Shown piece by piece: positions 1-13,442 of a stretch of DNA of 64,000 nucleotides. The position numbers were made by a program, and so were the translations under genes. The notes below the pieces were generated by a model. It saw nothing but the letters and a program-made list of their open reading frames with translations, did no database searches and was not told the DNA's origin. Position 1 is the stretch's first letter, and every line of letters begins with the position of its first letter. Source of the DNA: Ginglymostoma cirratum (lineage: Eukaryota); contig JAHRHZ010000051.1 in the NCBI GenBank assembly GCA_024137785.1, positions 18,388,634-18,452,633 on the forward strand, written 5' to 3'.

Positions 1-1214
1 TTTTGCAACTGCTCAGAATGAGATGAGGTGTGAACACTCTGGTCTCAATGATACTGGGTTAGGGAGTGGGAAACTTTGGGAGTGGTAACAGTTCCAGATC
101 GTGGTCATCCAGTCAGGGGCAAGTAATGACTCTCTACATGTCGTTCTGATCTTAGCGGTGCTGAATCAAAGCTTCAGTGTCTCCCTGCAGGGAGGGGATA
201 TCAGATTAGTGATACTGTTGTTACGTTGTCATGACTGCACTTCCCAGCAGCCAGCAGCTACAAAGGGCATTAACAGAGGTCTGAAAACAGGCTGTTGGGC
301 TGTCCTCTTGGCAGAAAACTCATGAGGCCCACTGAGACCTTGAATATAATGGAGAGAAAACGGAGGCAGCATGTCCTTCGTGGGGTGTGAACTGTTGATC
401 AATATGTACAAAAATGAAAGAACTCTTGTAAAGCTATTGACTTACAGCAGCTTTAACTGGCACACAATACACAGATGACACTGAGAAGTAAGAACTGAGA
501 GGATATATCTTTCTGTTTCTGTGTGTTGATGTATGTAAAATATACATGTATGCCTTAGAATATTTATAGCTACAGAATTGAACTACATTTACTCATTTAT
601 ATCACTTGCAACAGAAACTCGATTTTTGAACAACTTCATTGGTTGTAAAGTGCATTAGGACATTACAAAATCATGACAAGTGTGACAGAGATGTTTGCCT
701 TTTCTAAAACTGCAACTTAATCCAAACTTGTCCTCTGCAAATTTCTCTTTCATCATTTGTACATAAAAACAGGTCGGATTCCTAGCATAAGCAATTCTAA
801 GGGCAATTTTTAGTTATGGAGGAAGTACATTCTACATGTAATATTGAAAACATGCTATTAAAAATATTGCTTATATCATATGTTGTGTACATAGTTTTCT
901 GATGCATTGAACCAGGGAGGGTGATGGAAACAAATTCTTACAAAATAGTAACTTTGGCATGTAATAGTCTTTAAGTGGACATGAATGCAGGCAGGCTGCA
1001 TTTCATAAGGATAAAGTGAGTTAAAGATTTCAGTTAATGGCAAACAATATTTTTGGGAGGGAAAGCCTAGGGTGTGAAATAAAACTTAACAAGTGGGCTA
1101 AATGCCTTTCAAATGTGATGTTAAACTGAGGCCCGGGCTGCTCTGACAAATGCACTATTCAAAGAAGAATACTGGGCTGAAATTACAAACTTGTCACAAA
1201 CTTTTACCCATAAC

Positions 1215-1620
1215 ACAGAATCATAGGATTGTAATGTGAGGAAGGAGACATTCTGCCCATCACGAGCTATCATCAGTTATCCAAATAAACTCACTGCCCT
1301 GTTCATAAATTCTTCACGTAAATAAACTGTCTACTTTTCATATATACATTCAATTTCCTTTGAAAGTTTCTGGGCACAATCTTAACTTTGCATAAATGAA
1401 TGGGTTTTGTGTCAGTTAAATCTTTTCTGTACGAAACTGTTTCTGTCCCCCTTTCAGGGACAGTGTATTTCAGATAACAATTCACTGTTAAATAAATTAT
1501 CTTCCCTTCCCCTCTGGTTTTTCTTGTCTGCATCTCTGCATGCTTTAGCTACAAACTTTTCCACCAATGGAAACAGTTTCTCCCTCTCTATTCCATCCAA
1601 ACCTTCATAATTTGGATGCT
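1215..1620 (-). mobile_element. Old degenerate CR1-like LINE 3' fragment
   Basis: acacagaatcatagg... tail and residual peptide EGLDGIEREKLFPLVE in ORF 1454-1684. Confidence 0.55.
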
Positions 1621-3094
1621 GTATCTCAATGTGCATTAGATTAAGAAGTAGATTATGTATGTAGTTATGAGGCAGTGAATGCAAGATTTTATAAGCTTTC
1701 AGTCATTATGTCCACAGCTTTTTGGCAGTTTTCAATAACAATATACAACCTTAGACAGTGTGACAGTGACAATATTGCTGTAGTACTGCTGGGGTTTTCT
1801 GGACATGCAGCGATTGGCTTCCTCTTGGTTTGAAAGGTCTTGCCTGGAGCTGCTCTACATATCAAACCTGACACCACCCCAGATAATAGGTTGTGGTTAT
1901 GGTGGGTTCAAAACTACATGCAGAACTCACTAATTTGTGAATGAGCAAGATACAAGCCTTTGTGTGTTTCCAGATCTTTGCACCACTATCTATTTTGAGA
2001 GGGTTAATGCTTTCGTTGAAATAACAGAGAGAAATTTCAGCAGAATGTGTGAAACGTTCATAGTGTTGATGGTCGAAATTCAGGATGTGGACTTTTGTAT
2101 AAATTTTAAGAATACAGGAAGAGAATTTCAAGTCTATCCTTCCAAAGAAATGCTGTCAAAATACTGCAAGCACAAAGTTATGGAATGCATGCTCACAAAG
2201 ATATAGAAACAGAAAATCTGTGGCTCTCCAAAATATCAGAGTTAATAAATCAATGCGAGATTGATCACGGTGTACAAGAATGACTTGGAGTTGGGCACGT
2301 AAATAAAACTCTCAAGTTTGCAAATAAAACCAAACTGGGAGGCTCTGTGAACAACAAAGAGGAGACCATTCAATAAGAAAAGATGTAAAAAAGTGAGAGC
2401 ATGTGGCTGATAAATACATGCGGCATTTAATGTCGCCAAATATGTGGCCAAACCAACAGATTGCATAAGGTCATTATTCTATGAGCTACCAATTCAAGTG
2501 GAGTACATTTTAAAATGGTTGCAACTCTGAGATACAGGTTTTACTGCCTAAATTCTGTGCTCTCTTATGCCGTGACTACAATACTTTTGATTCAAAAATA
2601 GCTTCTGAACTTATTACCAAAACCAAACAATTTCATATATGACAAAAGCAAAGAGCCTAAATTTAGAAAAAGGGGGTAGGGGAGGAAAAAGCAGCTTAGA
2701 TAAAACTACTTTGTGCAGAGACTGGCAAATGAACACAGGCTGATTGTATCAGCTTATCCAAGAGAGAGCTGGTTAAGTACCTGGTAAAATAAATTGATAT
2801 GGCGTCAGATGAAATATTATGGGATATAATATTTCCTAGACACTGTAACTAGCCAGTCCATTCCAGGCCTGTACATTCCTAAGTTCCTACAATCACCCTT
2901 TAGGGAATTATTGCAATTACTAATTGCAAGCTGTGATAGTCCATATTAATCATCTTTAGTAGAACCTTTTTGGAAAACATACTGAAATGTAATATTTTGG
3001 TAATACTTTTGTTTATTTGTGGTCAACCAGTTTAAGGAACAAAACAGAACACTCAGAATGACTCTCTAATGAATAGATCATTTCAGCATACTAC

Positions 3095-3350
3095 CACAGA
3101 ATGACTGCAACACAGCCTGAGGCCATTCAGTCTATCATATCAATGTTGGTTCCAAGAACAATCAGCTCAGCTAGTTCCACTACACCCTCCCTCCCCCATA
3201 TTTACCCATAGCCCTACAAGTTTATCTTTTCAGATCATTATCAAATACCCCTTTGAAAGGTGCAGCTCCATCTGTCTCCACCACACGTGGAGACAGTGAA
3301 TTTTAGATCATAATGGCTCATTATGTGAAAAATTTTTCTCTTATATTTCA
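3095..3350 (-). mobile_element. Degenerate CR1-like LINE 3' end
   Basis: ggccattcagtctatc...ccatagccctacaag...atgtgaaaaatttttctc resembles the CR1 3' ends at 6796 and 46552. Confidence 0.55.
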
Positions 3351-3464
3351 TCCAATTTATTCCCACTGATACAAATTAACATTGTGGGAATTCCTTTTGT
3401 GACTATTGGATTTCCCCAAATGTTTATAGTGAATGAAATACTGCTAAATAACGGTCACATGTCG

Positions 3465-3995
3465 ACTTGGGAATTTCTGCAATCCAGCTATGTAGAGCAA
3501 GGTCTCACAAATAGCAATGAATAAACAACCAAATAATTTCTGTTGATGGCACTGAATATTCACTTAGGAGGTGGTGGTATGGTATAGTAGACTGGTCACT
3601 GGAACAGTAATCAAGAACCTCAGGAGCATGTTCTAGAGTCATGTGTTTGAATCCTCATGGTAAAACTATCATCTATATGTGTGACTCTTGAACCACTGGA
3701 ATGTGGTTGATTTTTAACTGCCTCTGGTTAATTAGGGGTGGGCAATAAATGCTGGCTTAGCCAGTAACGTCCAAGAACAAATTTTAAAAAATGTAATTTA
3801 CTTCTTCAATTACTGCCATGCTAACTTCGGTATTTACTACTCGAGATGGCAGAATTGGCTTTAATATAATGCCTTATCGGAAAGAGAGCACCTATAAGAG
3901 GCCCTCAACACAGCATTGTTACCCTTGTTGCAAATTTCTCAAACGTGGCTTGAATTTGTAACATTCAGACTCAAGGGTGAGTGTTCAATCGCTGA
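3465..3995 (-). mobile_element. Deu-domain SINE (SacSINE1/AmnSINE1-like), split by a nested SINE
   Basis: agcaaggtctcacaaatagcaatg... (3495-3560) resumes at cttcttcaattactgccatg... (3800+). Collinear with the copies at 15345 and 57780. Confidence 0.55.
3570..3792 (+). mobile_element. tRNA-derived SINE with LINE-derived tail (internally deleted)
   Basis: Head gtggtggtatggt...gtcactggaacagtaatc...tttgaatcc (A/B-box-like), body tgtgactc...aatgtggttgatttttaactgcctct, tail gggcaataaatgctggcttagccag. Confidence 0.7.
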
Positions 3996-5042
3996 GTCCA
4001 AGCTTATGCGTAAGACCACATTGTACTGACATTGGTTATCCAAAAATTCTTAAAACAAAAGATCAATATCCATGTGGCAAAGTGATGAATTAGAATGGTT
4101 ATGTTGTATTTGAAACAGTTATTGTCTCTGATTTTGTTTGTCATGTCAAGATGAAGGATTTCAATGTTGGGGGACAGAACCTAATTTATCACCAGTCATT
4201 CCAGGTGAAATAAAAACAGATTGTAAATGCAGATTAAAGCTCTCTCTGTCCAGAACAACAAGATGTCTTAAACCCACTGCCAGGAAAACAGTCTCACATC
4301 ACCAGTGCTTATTTTCTGTTCTCCATACAAGCAATCTTTGTGATCACTTGTGTGAGATTACCAGCTAACTTCAAATTACATCCAGTTTTGATATGAACGA
4401 GCAGTCTTTCAAAAACTGGGCTAAAGTTCCTCTTTTCTCAAGAAAACTAAGAACTGCTTTATGGTTGCTAATCATAAATCTCCTTGGAAAATGTGACTAT
4501 ACAGATAACTGTGATGCTGACAAAATTAAGTTAAATATTAACGTGTCAGAATGCACTGAGGATAACAATCATTCAAAGGTGCTTATGTGCTCATGAGCTA
4601 CTCACCTTGTATAAATCTTAAATAATCCAGCTGTGGGGGAAGGCATAGAAAGAGATGGGTGCAATTGTATTAGGTATCAGCTCCAGGGCAAATAAGGAAA
4701 GTATATTTCCATGACTGCACACTTTAAACATTTATGATAATGTCAGGATAATATTTCTGTGAGGTAAGGAAGGGCTACGAACATGCAGAAGATGCATATG
4801 TGGGAGTGCATCACAAAAATGAGTGAATGCTGCCTGTAGGGCTAAAAGGACTGCTCAGTAAATGAGAGGGGAAAAGTTACATGATTGCAAGAAGAATAGC
4901 AAAGTTGTCAGTTTTGGTATTACTGAAAAGCATGAGCACCAACTGATAACATGAATGATAGCAAGTTGACCAAAACATACACAAAAACATTCCTTTGCAC
5001 AAGGGGATGTTAACGCAAAGATATATAACGTATTAGAACAGA

Positions 5043-5138
5043 ATTCCTGCTCCTATGATGCTGCTTGACCTGCTGTGTTCATCCAGCCCCATGCTTGTTA
5101 TCTCGGATTCTCCAGCATCTGCAGTACCTTTTATCTCA
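5043..5138 (+). mobile_element. Short Penelope-like terminal-repeat fragment
   Basis: gatgctgcttgacctgctgtgttcatccagc...ccagcatctgcagt is similar to the arms at 13340-13440 and 50260-50340. Confidence 0.55.
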
Positions 5139-6059
5139 GGATTATATAAACTTATGTAAACATTATGTAAGAAGGGAGAAGGAGCATAATGCTTACAGTA
5201 ATTTCTCTGCACTGAGAAAAAGAATGAAAATGTACTCAAATTGTATAAGGCAAACAGATTTTTTAAAAAGAATTTGTCAACAAGTCTTTGAATGCTGGAG
5301 GAAAGCAAGGAAGTTATTCTATGAACTGCACTGTCAAAATATTCGACTATTTACACTAGTGTTACCTTAATGACTCCACAACCAATGATTGTGCACAGCA
5401 GCATAATAAAGCATCTAATGAGAATGCATTACCCATAGGATACGTGTGCTTATACACTCATAATGTGCCATCTGTTAACTTGTGAGGAAGGAAACAGACT
5501 TTGCTTTACGAGAAAATAAGGGGCAAATTTACCAGAACAACCACCATCGCACACTTGATCTATCCTTATGGAGGCCAGTTAAGAAGGCAATCGCTGAAGT
5601 GAAGATTGACTCCAGCTTATTATGTCTGATGATGAAAGTTCAGAATTTGGTTAAGCTCGCGTGGCTGCCCTAAAAATCCAATACGTGGAGCAATCAAGTC
5701 TGCAGTGCTCTGGGACACTTTTAGCAACTGGCCTTTGAGCCGGCTCTATTAGAGCCTGGGGAGAGAAAATAGTTAGGATGGAGAGAAAGAGTGATAAAGA
5801 GAGAAAGAAAGATAATGGACCCAATGTTCATTCCCAATCAGGTGCGCAGAAGCGCAATGATTCTTTGAATCCAACTTTTAAAAATGCCTGCCCGCACTCA
5901 CCATTTTCACTCCAGGGTGGTGGGCTGGATTGGAAGTCAGGCCGGATGATCTGCGAAGAGCTGAGAAGGCTGCCAGTTGCCAAGGTGAGCTGAGTTAAAA
6001 GCCTACCTCGGGGCTCCAGCACTGTGTCCAAAAATTAAAGTAAAAGAATATAAAACACT

Positions 6060-6670
6060 CCTACAACCCTCACCCCTCAGCAGCCCCCACACATTTCCCA
6101 TGCCCAATCACTGCCAACCAATGTTACCTTATGTCCCTTACCAATCCTTCATTGCCTCTTATACCTCTTTGTCAATCTTTATTCTTCTACCCATCCCCAC
6201 TGGTTCCACAAACCCCTTTGCAACATTTTTCCTTATATCTATCCTGCATGGTGCCTCACACTTCCTCCCTATCTATCCCCAATTGCTCATCATACCCACT
6301 AGAACAACTTACACCCTCTACCCAGCACCAGGACCCCTCACATCCCCGACATCACCCTATGTTCCTCTGAAAATCCCCACAGTCCTTCACACACACATCT
6401 GAAAATCTGTATCTCTATTGATCTCCACACCCCTATACCCAATGTCCCTGTACTCATCCCCATGGTCATTCATTCCAATTATGTAAACCTATGCCCTCAA
6501 CCGAGCAGTATGGCCCCTCATACCTTCAATATCATCCTAGCCCCTTTATCAATCCCATGGCCCCTTATACCCTGATGCAAACTTAGTGCCAGCCTATGCC
6601 AACACATATTAATACCCTTTTCCTCACCTACCACGCTAACTCATGTTAACTCACTAGTATCCACTAGTAG
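6060..6670 (+). repeat. C/A-rich low-complexity tract, probably the interior of a non-autonomous element spanning about 5850-7870
   Basis: Strong C-over-G strand skew with recurring ccca/accc/atgcc words. A similar tract lies at 50780-51050. Confidence 0.45.
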
Positions 6671-6795
6671 CCAAGCACACAGGGGAAAAGTTCTATGATT
6701 TAAAGTTCTATACTGTACAATACACTCAATTAAGAAAAGCATTCTCATTCATACAAATGCATTTTGACAGCTTTTGACTGGTTTGACACTTCACA

Positions 6796-7320
6796 CAGAG
6801 TCATAGATTGATAGATGTACAGCATGGAAACAGACCCTTCGTCCAACTCATACATGCTGACCAGACATCCCAAATAAATCTCCCATTTGCCAGCATTCGG
6901 CCCATATTCGTCCAAACCCTTTCTATTCATATACCCATCCAGATGCCTTTCAAATGTTGTAATTGTAACAGCCTCCACCTCCTCTGGCAGTTCATTCCAT
7001 ACATGCACCACCCTCTGCGTGAAAAAGTTGCTCCTTAGGTCCCCCTTAAATTTTTCCCTTCTCACCTTAAATCTATGCCCTCTAGTTTTGGACTCCCCCA
7101 ACGCAGGGAAAAGACCTTGTCTCTTTATCCTATCCATGCCCCTCATGATTTTATAAACCTCTCTAAGGTAACCTGTTAGCCTCCAACCTTCAAGGGAAGA
7201 TAGCCCCAGCTGATCCAGCCTCTCCCTAGTGAGATCTCAAAACCTAGTGACAAGCTTGTAAATCTTTTCTGAAACTTTTTAAATTTCACAACATCCTTCC
7301 TATAGCAGGGAGACCAGAAA
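6796..7320 (-). mobile_element. CR1-clade LINE, 5'-truncated 3' end (HER1-like)
   Basis: ORF 6745-7146 encodes a CR1 ORF2 C-terminus (SKTRGHRFKV...FFTQRVVHVWNELPEE...TFERHLDGYM). The 3' tail has ctatgactct-type repeats. Confidence 0.9.
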
Positions 7321-7884
7321 AACATGAATATCTATCTATACTCAATAGCAATTACAGAACTACATTAATGAACACATACTTCTTTAATATCTTCACAGTT
7401 ATGTTTTTTAGAAACAATATTCCTTCCGGTTAATAATTCCAAAAGATATATGAATAATGCCTTGCTAACAACAGTACCTGACACTCCCACAAAGCGGAAT
7501 TAACAACCCCCCAACCCCCCACATAGGTGTCCTAAGATCATACATATCAATAGGTGTAACCTATTTCTCCAAAGGGGTAGCCTGGTTCCCGAAAGAATCC
7601 ATTAAGTTCAGAACTGCACTTAGTAGGTCTAATGTGTACACTCCACATGTTCCATGCTACAGGGATGCCAAAACCCTCTTCTGTTGAGCTGCTAGTGATT
7701 TAAATCACGACAGAGTTTCTTCTGTAATATGTGCATGTGCAAAAACGAGCCTGACTCCACTGCCATCCTGACAAAAATGGGAAGTGGATCTGGGTGCTGG
7801 ACTTGTGATTTTGGGCGATACTTGACATTATAACCATGACAATTTCTACTGTGGCGAAAATTTGGGCTATATGTTTGTGTAATA

Positions 7885-8250
7885 CTTCTCATGACCTCAG
7901 GCTATCCCAAACGCTGCACATCTCATGAAGTATTTCTGTAACGTAGAAAGCCAATTTGTGCACAGAAAGACCATACAAGTAGCAACAAAATTCATAACCA
8001 GATCGTGTTGTTTTCATTTGGTTGCTCAAGAGATAGATATTAACTGGGTCACAAGGAAAACTCCTCTTTTTTTCAAATAGTGCTGTGGAATCTTCTAAGT
8101 CCACCTGACAGGGAAAATTTCTCATCCAAAAGATCATATCTCCAATAGTGCAGCACGGAAATATCAACTTTGATTACCTAATTTCCTAGAATAGGCTTGA
8201 ATAAATCCCTTTGGCTAAAAGGCAGCTTCACTACCACTGAACCAAAACTG
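7885..8250 (-). mobile_element. Deu-domain SINE
   Basis: catgacctcagg...gccaatttgtgcacag...tttcaaatagtgctgtggaatcttctaagtccacctgacaggg is the reverse complement of the Deu body and L2-like tail. Confidence 0.7.
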
Positions 8251-9469
8251 ATACCTGGATTTACTCTCCATAGGCACTTCACTTTTTCCACTTGGTTCCA
8301 GATCACATCTGAGGCTAATATCCTAAGGCATTCCTGTGGGCGCTTGATCATGCTCTATCAAACTCCTGCAGTACCTCCATACACATTCTGCAGGTTCTAT
8401 ACGCACATTTGATTTTATGTCTTGCTGACATATGGACCAAAAATAATTGCTTACGTTCAGCACAGATAAAGACACTTTGTGAGAATTAGATAATGATATG
8501 ACTGTGAAAATATAGGAGAATGGAGACTCAGCACAATTATAGTGAAGAGATAACAGTGGGGACTGGTTAGCAAGAGGCAGGCATTAGTGGTCATCTTTTG
8601 CAATCGAGGCAAATACAATGACTGGCCATACTCACCACTCAGTTGAATAAATTGGACTTACGTGCGTAACGTTTACACATGTGTTGATGACAAAATATAG
8701 TCTATATTGGATGTCTGCCATTGAAAAAGTGACATGAATGACGAGAGGAGTGACCACAGCTATCCAAACCATAAGGACAGTGGAGAAAAGTCTGAAGAGT
8801 GTCCAGTGTTGCTATGGAGACTTTAAGGTATAAATGTGACACAAAGTTGAGTGCACAGCAGACTGTGTTGATGAGAAAAGGGAAGAAATGTGGGAGATGG
8901 AGTTCAATTTTGGGATGCATCAAGGCATCTAAATTGAGTTTAACAAAGGAAGACATAATTTCCTAACTATTAAAGAAAAATACTTTAGCTTTGCTTGTAC
9001 GTATGAATTATGTCAAATAAAACAAAGATAAAAGTCAAAAACAGAAAAATTTAAGAGACAAACTAGAAGACAAAAATTACAAAGTTATGTTTCCATTGTA
9101 CGGAACCTTGGTTAAATCTCATTTGCAGCACTCAGTATGATTTTCATACAGGTCTTTAGGCCTTGTGGACAGACTCCTTCCAGACAAGAATGGACCAGTA
9201 GCTGGTTGATCATATTTCAGGTGTGTGTTTCATTACTTATTGCTGCACACCGATATTCAACACTTCTGTAATGATCCCACAGGGTCTCCAGATAAAATTG
9301 TTCTTGGCACTAATGTAACTTCATCAGGATCTATTCTGGATACATCACTGGACTTTGTGTATTGCATGCAGCTGGTAGGTTGGAATATAGTTGATTACCA
9401 GTTCCATGATCTCATCTAGAGAGCGTGTAACATCGGTCATTACAGCTTAAAAATGCAGAACCACTTTTT

Positions 9470-9930
9470 ATATATTATTCAGAAGACATGAGCATCACCA
9501 GCAAGGCCAGAATTTATTTCCTGTCTTTAGCTGTTCTTGAGAAGGCGGTGGTGTGCTTCCTTCTGAAAACACTGCAGTAGAAAGTGCGAGATATATCTAG
9601 TGTTATTGTGCTATGCCATTTCTGAGGGCAGTTAAGAGTAAACCACATTGCTCAGTATCTGGACTCCTATATGAGCCAAACTAGGTAATGATGGCAATTT
9701 TTCTTCGATAAAGTACTTTGGTGAACCAAAATTTGGTGAACCAGATGGATTTTTATGACAAAACAGCATCTTTACAGTCAATCATTACTGAGTTTTTATT
9801 TATAATTCCATATTTATTAATTAAGCTTGAATTTCAGGTTGCTACAGGCGTATTTGGTCTCTTGTCTGTGCAGCATTAGTCTAACCTCTGGAATATTATT
9901 TCAATGATATCACCATTATTGTGGTATTGT
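9470..9930 (-). mobile_element. tRNA-derived SINE, same family as 3570-3792, preceded by a LINE tail piece
   Basis: gccatttctgagggcagttaagagtaaaccacattgc...ggtgaaccagatggatttttatgaca...ctctggaatattatttcaatgatatcacc. Confidence 0.65.
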
Positions 9931-11739
9931 TCACATTCACACCAGAGCGGGGGGAAAGCCATCGACAAATAACATTAAATCCATTAAATGTTTTACCAAA
10001 TATATCTTCTTCCATTCATATTAACAAATTCAGAAATAGTTGTGGATTCCAAGACTCCTCCTAACTAAACAAATTCTATGATTGCTCTGCAAATAACTCT
10101 AAATCTTCAAATGACTAATGTCAAGTCTACCCAGACATTAAACACTCAATTCTCAACTGCAATTGTATGTGGGACGTGGATCTATTTAGGGCTTGACAAA
10201 GGGCATAAAAAGCAATAATTTGTTTTCCAATCTTTTACCTAAAGTTGGTTAATTCATTTCTGGAGTAGCAGACAGTTATCAATGCCTTTTCTACAAATTC
10301 TACATGTATAATTCACATTTTTTTCGCTAATTTGGCAAGCACAGTAGTTTTAACCTTGGTTTCGACTGATAAAATTCATTTAATTTACTGATGGCAGAAA
10401 TGCCTACCACATTAGTCAGGATTATTGCTGAAAAGGCATTTGTCCCAAAAAACTTCTCCATTTCGTACATTTGAAAAAAAACATTTCTAGTTAAAATGAT
10501 TTCAAGATCCCTGTCCTTACTTTGGAATCATTCCAAAGCCTCACTCCACCCCACCTTGGTAATTTCCTCTCGCCAAAAGTCTCCTGTTGCACACACCCAC
10601 TGCTGCTGTGACACTGTTACTGCTTGTACACTGCTCCCACTTGAATTACTCTGAGAGGTTTCCCTCCATTTGAGCAGCACTATTGAAATTTTTAATAATA
10701 ATTTTGAGACAATTAACAGCGGTCACTGTTATTTATTGCAAGATGCACCACTCCATCATTAGCTTATCAAAAATGGCAACATGCTGACTGCCTTAATAAT
10801 GAAATGCATTGAATGCTGTGTTTGTGCGAAACATACAAACTGAACGCCCCACAGAAAATGAAAGCTGGCCCATTTAAAAATTGAGTGTTCATTTCATAAC
10901 ATATCAAGTATTAACTATTGCCACTTAATATCTCTCTGGCTATGAAATTTAACTAGTACAACCGCAGAGTCTCATTCCTTCAGGTTTTAATTGTTGTTAG
11001 AGACATTTTTTTAAAAGGTAAATTTAATCTTAAAATAAAATCCTTCTCTTTTCTGTCATATTCATCTCTCTCAGTTCCTTGTTTCTTTTCCCTCTATTTA
11101 TTTCTTTCTACATGTTTTGACATGTAATTTGTCCACTTTCCTTCCTAGGGCATGTGCTGTCCATTTCAAAATTGGTCAATCTGAATAATTAAAGAGATAA
11201 ACAGTTTGTTGTCTTCAAGCTCTGTTTCCCCTTCTGTGATGTTACCAGCTTGTACTTTAAATAGCTTGCCACTCAAAAATTGCAAAGTACCCACATTTGC
11301 AAATGCAAGTCTAAGTGCAATAAGATACCCTGTCACAACAAACCATGGCATATTATTTTGAATCATTAAAAATATGCTTTATTGCTTATGCATAAGAGGA
11401 GCAGGGTTAAAAATAACTGCACTTCAAGGCTCCTAATATATGCATAATTGTTTAAAAGCCTCAAGTTTAATTTCTACTTGCCATTTCTTGTTTAATTGTA
11501 TAGTGTGGGGTTATGTTGTGGAGGGGTGGGGAGTGGATCCTTTGTCAGACATGAGGAAATTGCATCACTAGCTTGTACAGTCAAGCTGTATATTTAGCCC
11601 ACTCACAGCCATAAAGAATATGCAAAAAGTAGTTGCATTTATACTTGCAGGTAAGTATACTACTGCGTCTTGAGGCACCAAGGAAATGTTCTCTCAGCAC
11701 TACTGGAGGAAAACCAGCTCATTTAAATTAGAGCACGAC

Positions 11740-12050
11740 TAGTGAACTCAAAAGATCACATTGGCCGGGGAGTGGTGAATGTATTACAATCATTCTTGGC
11801 ATTCTGCAGTGATGGAATGAAATAATCAGCCCACGTTTTTTGCTTTTGATCTCTATTCTGTTACATCTCCTGGAAAGTCCACGTCTACAAGTGTGCATAC
11901 ATCCAGTGCGGACTAGATCAGCCTTTGATGTGATGGCTACATCCGCTACCCTTGCAATCAGTCAGATAAACAACTGATGAGGATTCATGAAGAGTGGTCT
12001 CTTCCAAGAGATATCAGCATTCATAAAATCCTAACCCAGTAAGAACCCAG
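11740..12050 (+). mobile_element. Ancient SINE-like repeat; related copy at about 43380-43690
   Basis: The two copies share degenerate blocks (…gtgatg…, …atgaagagtggtc / atggaagtagtggcc…). Family not identified. Confidence 0.35.
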
Positions 12051-13249
12051 ATATGAAGAAAATGAAGTAAAAATTTTCCTTAATACCAAACGTGCATCAG
12101 GAACAAATTAAAACTTCAGAATAGCAACTTGCTCTATACTACCCAGTTTTAAGTGCTTTTAAAAGAAAATTCTGCCAATCCTCCGACAAGGAAAACTAAG
12201 CTAAAACCCTTCTAATTTAATAACTTGCTCTGAGGTTTAAAATCTACCTATGGTTAAGCAAGACAGTAAAGCAAAACACAATTTTTTGGGCACTGCATGT
12301 TTTGGATAAGGGACAAAATAGCTTACCTAAAAACCTCTTCATGCAACCTTGCAACACCCACCATCTTTTTACCGTGGCATTTTACAGGAACCTTTTTGAG
12401 ATAGAAATCTTTTTACTCTCAAGTTTTCTTAATGAATACAGTATTTACTTCCCTGGCAGACACCAATATAATTCATTACCTTACAAGAAAGCCCTCTTTA
12501 TTAAATGTTCCTACAGACCTCTTAATGCACAGTATCTATTGCCTAATATGTAAGTATGATCTGTAGCACTAATCTTGTTACATAAACTGCCGCTGCATGG
12601 AACGCTCCATAAATGACAATAATTTTATTGCTCTGCATACTCATTTTTTAATCTCTTCCCCATTTTCCACTGAGATGTCCACCTTGGCAGCAACGCATCA
12701 TTGTGCTTCAATGACTTGGGCCACATGACTGCTGTGCAGTTATCAGATACATAATAAAAAGAACCACAGTTGGGTGTGTTTTAGTGGGATTGGGATTAAA
12801 GTGATAGTAAACTGTTTTTCTTGCCTTTAATCCCCCCACCTCCCCTCTGCCCTTCCTTACAAACTGAAATATCCACCATGGTGCACTATCCAGCCATTCA
12901 GATCAGAACATGTGATGCCTTAAATCAGAATTATTAAATTCGAGAAACTGGGGAGATGGTATCAATTGATAGGTTCACAACTAAAGCTTCTAAATTCTCC
13001 CACTGTGGGATTTTGGCTGCTGCTTCAAAGAGTCTGTGTTTATGCTTTTTCAAATATATATTTCTGAATATGAATTCTATGTTGTCGGAATACGAGATGA
13101 AGGGCAAAGACCAATGACGTTGCACGCTACCCCAGTTAAAAAGAGGAAAACAAGAGATTAGGCAAATCTGGAAGCAGTTATAAAATGATGCCCAGTCTGG
13201 GCTTTTAAGAGCACATGGATTATAAAAGGAATCAGGTAATGAGAAAGGA

Positions 13250-13442
13250 AAAGCTCAGCTCATTCGTGAAGAAAAAAATCAGACTTAATGTTTTGGGTCA
13301 GGTGACCCTTCCTCAGAACCGGACCTGAAACGTCAACTCTGATCTTTTTCTTCACAGATGCTGCTGGACCTGCTGAGCTTTTACAACAACTTCTGTTTTT
13401 GTTCCTGATTTACAGCATCCGCAGTTTTTTCAGTTTTTATTT
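13250..13442. mobile_element. Palindromic short element derived from a Penelope-like terminal repeat
   Basis: gtgaagaaaaaaatcagacttaatgtttt versus gaaacgtcaactctgatctttttcttcac form an inverted repeat. The 3' tail is nearly identical to 50255-50345. Confidence 0.7.

Noticed and set aside
229-345. Acceptor-like ttttctctccattatattcaag|G on the minus strand as SALL exon 2
   Set aside because: In phase with exon 1 it reaches a stop after about 35 codons and shows no C2HC finger (CxxCCAEF).
6100-6402. Pro/Thr-rich ORFs here and at 50548-50929
   Set aside because: Artefacts of C-rich low-complexity repeat interiors.
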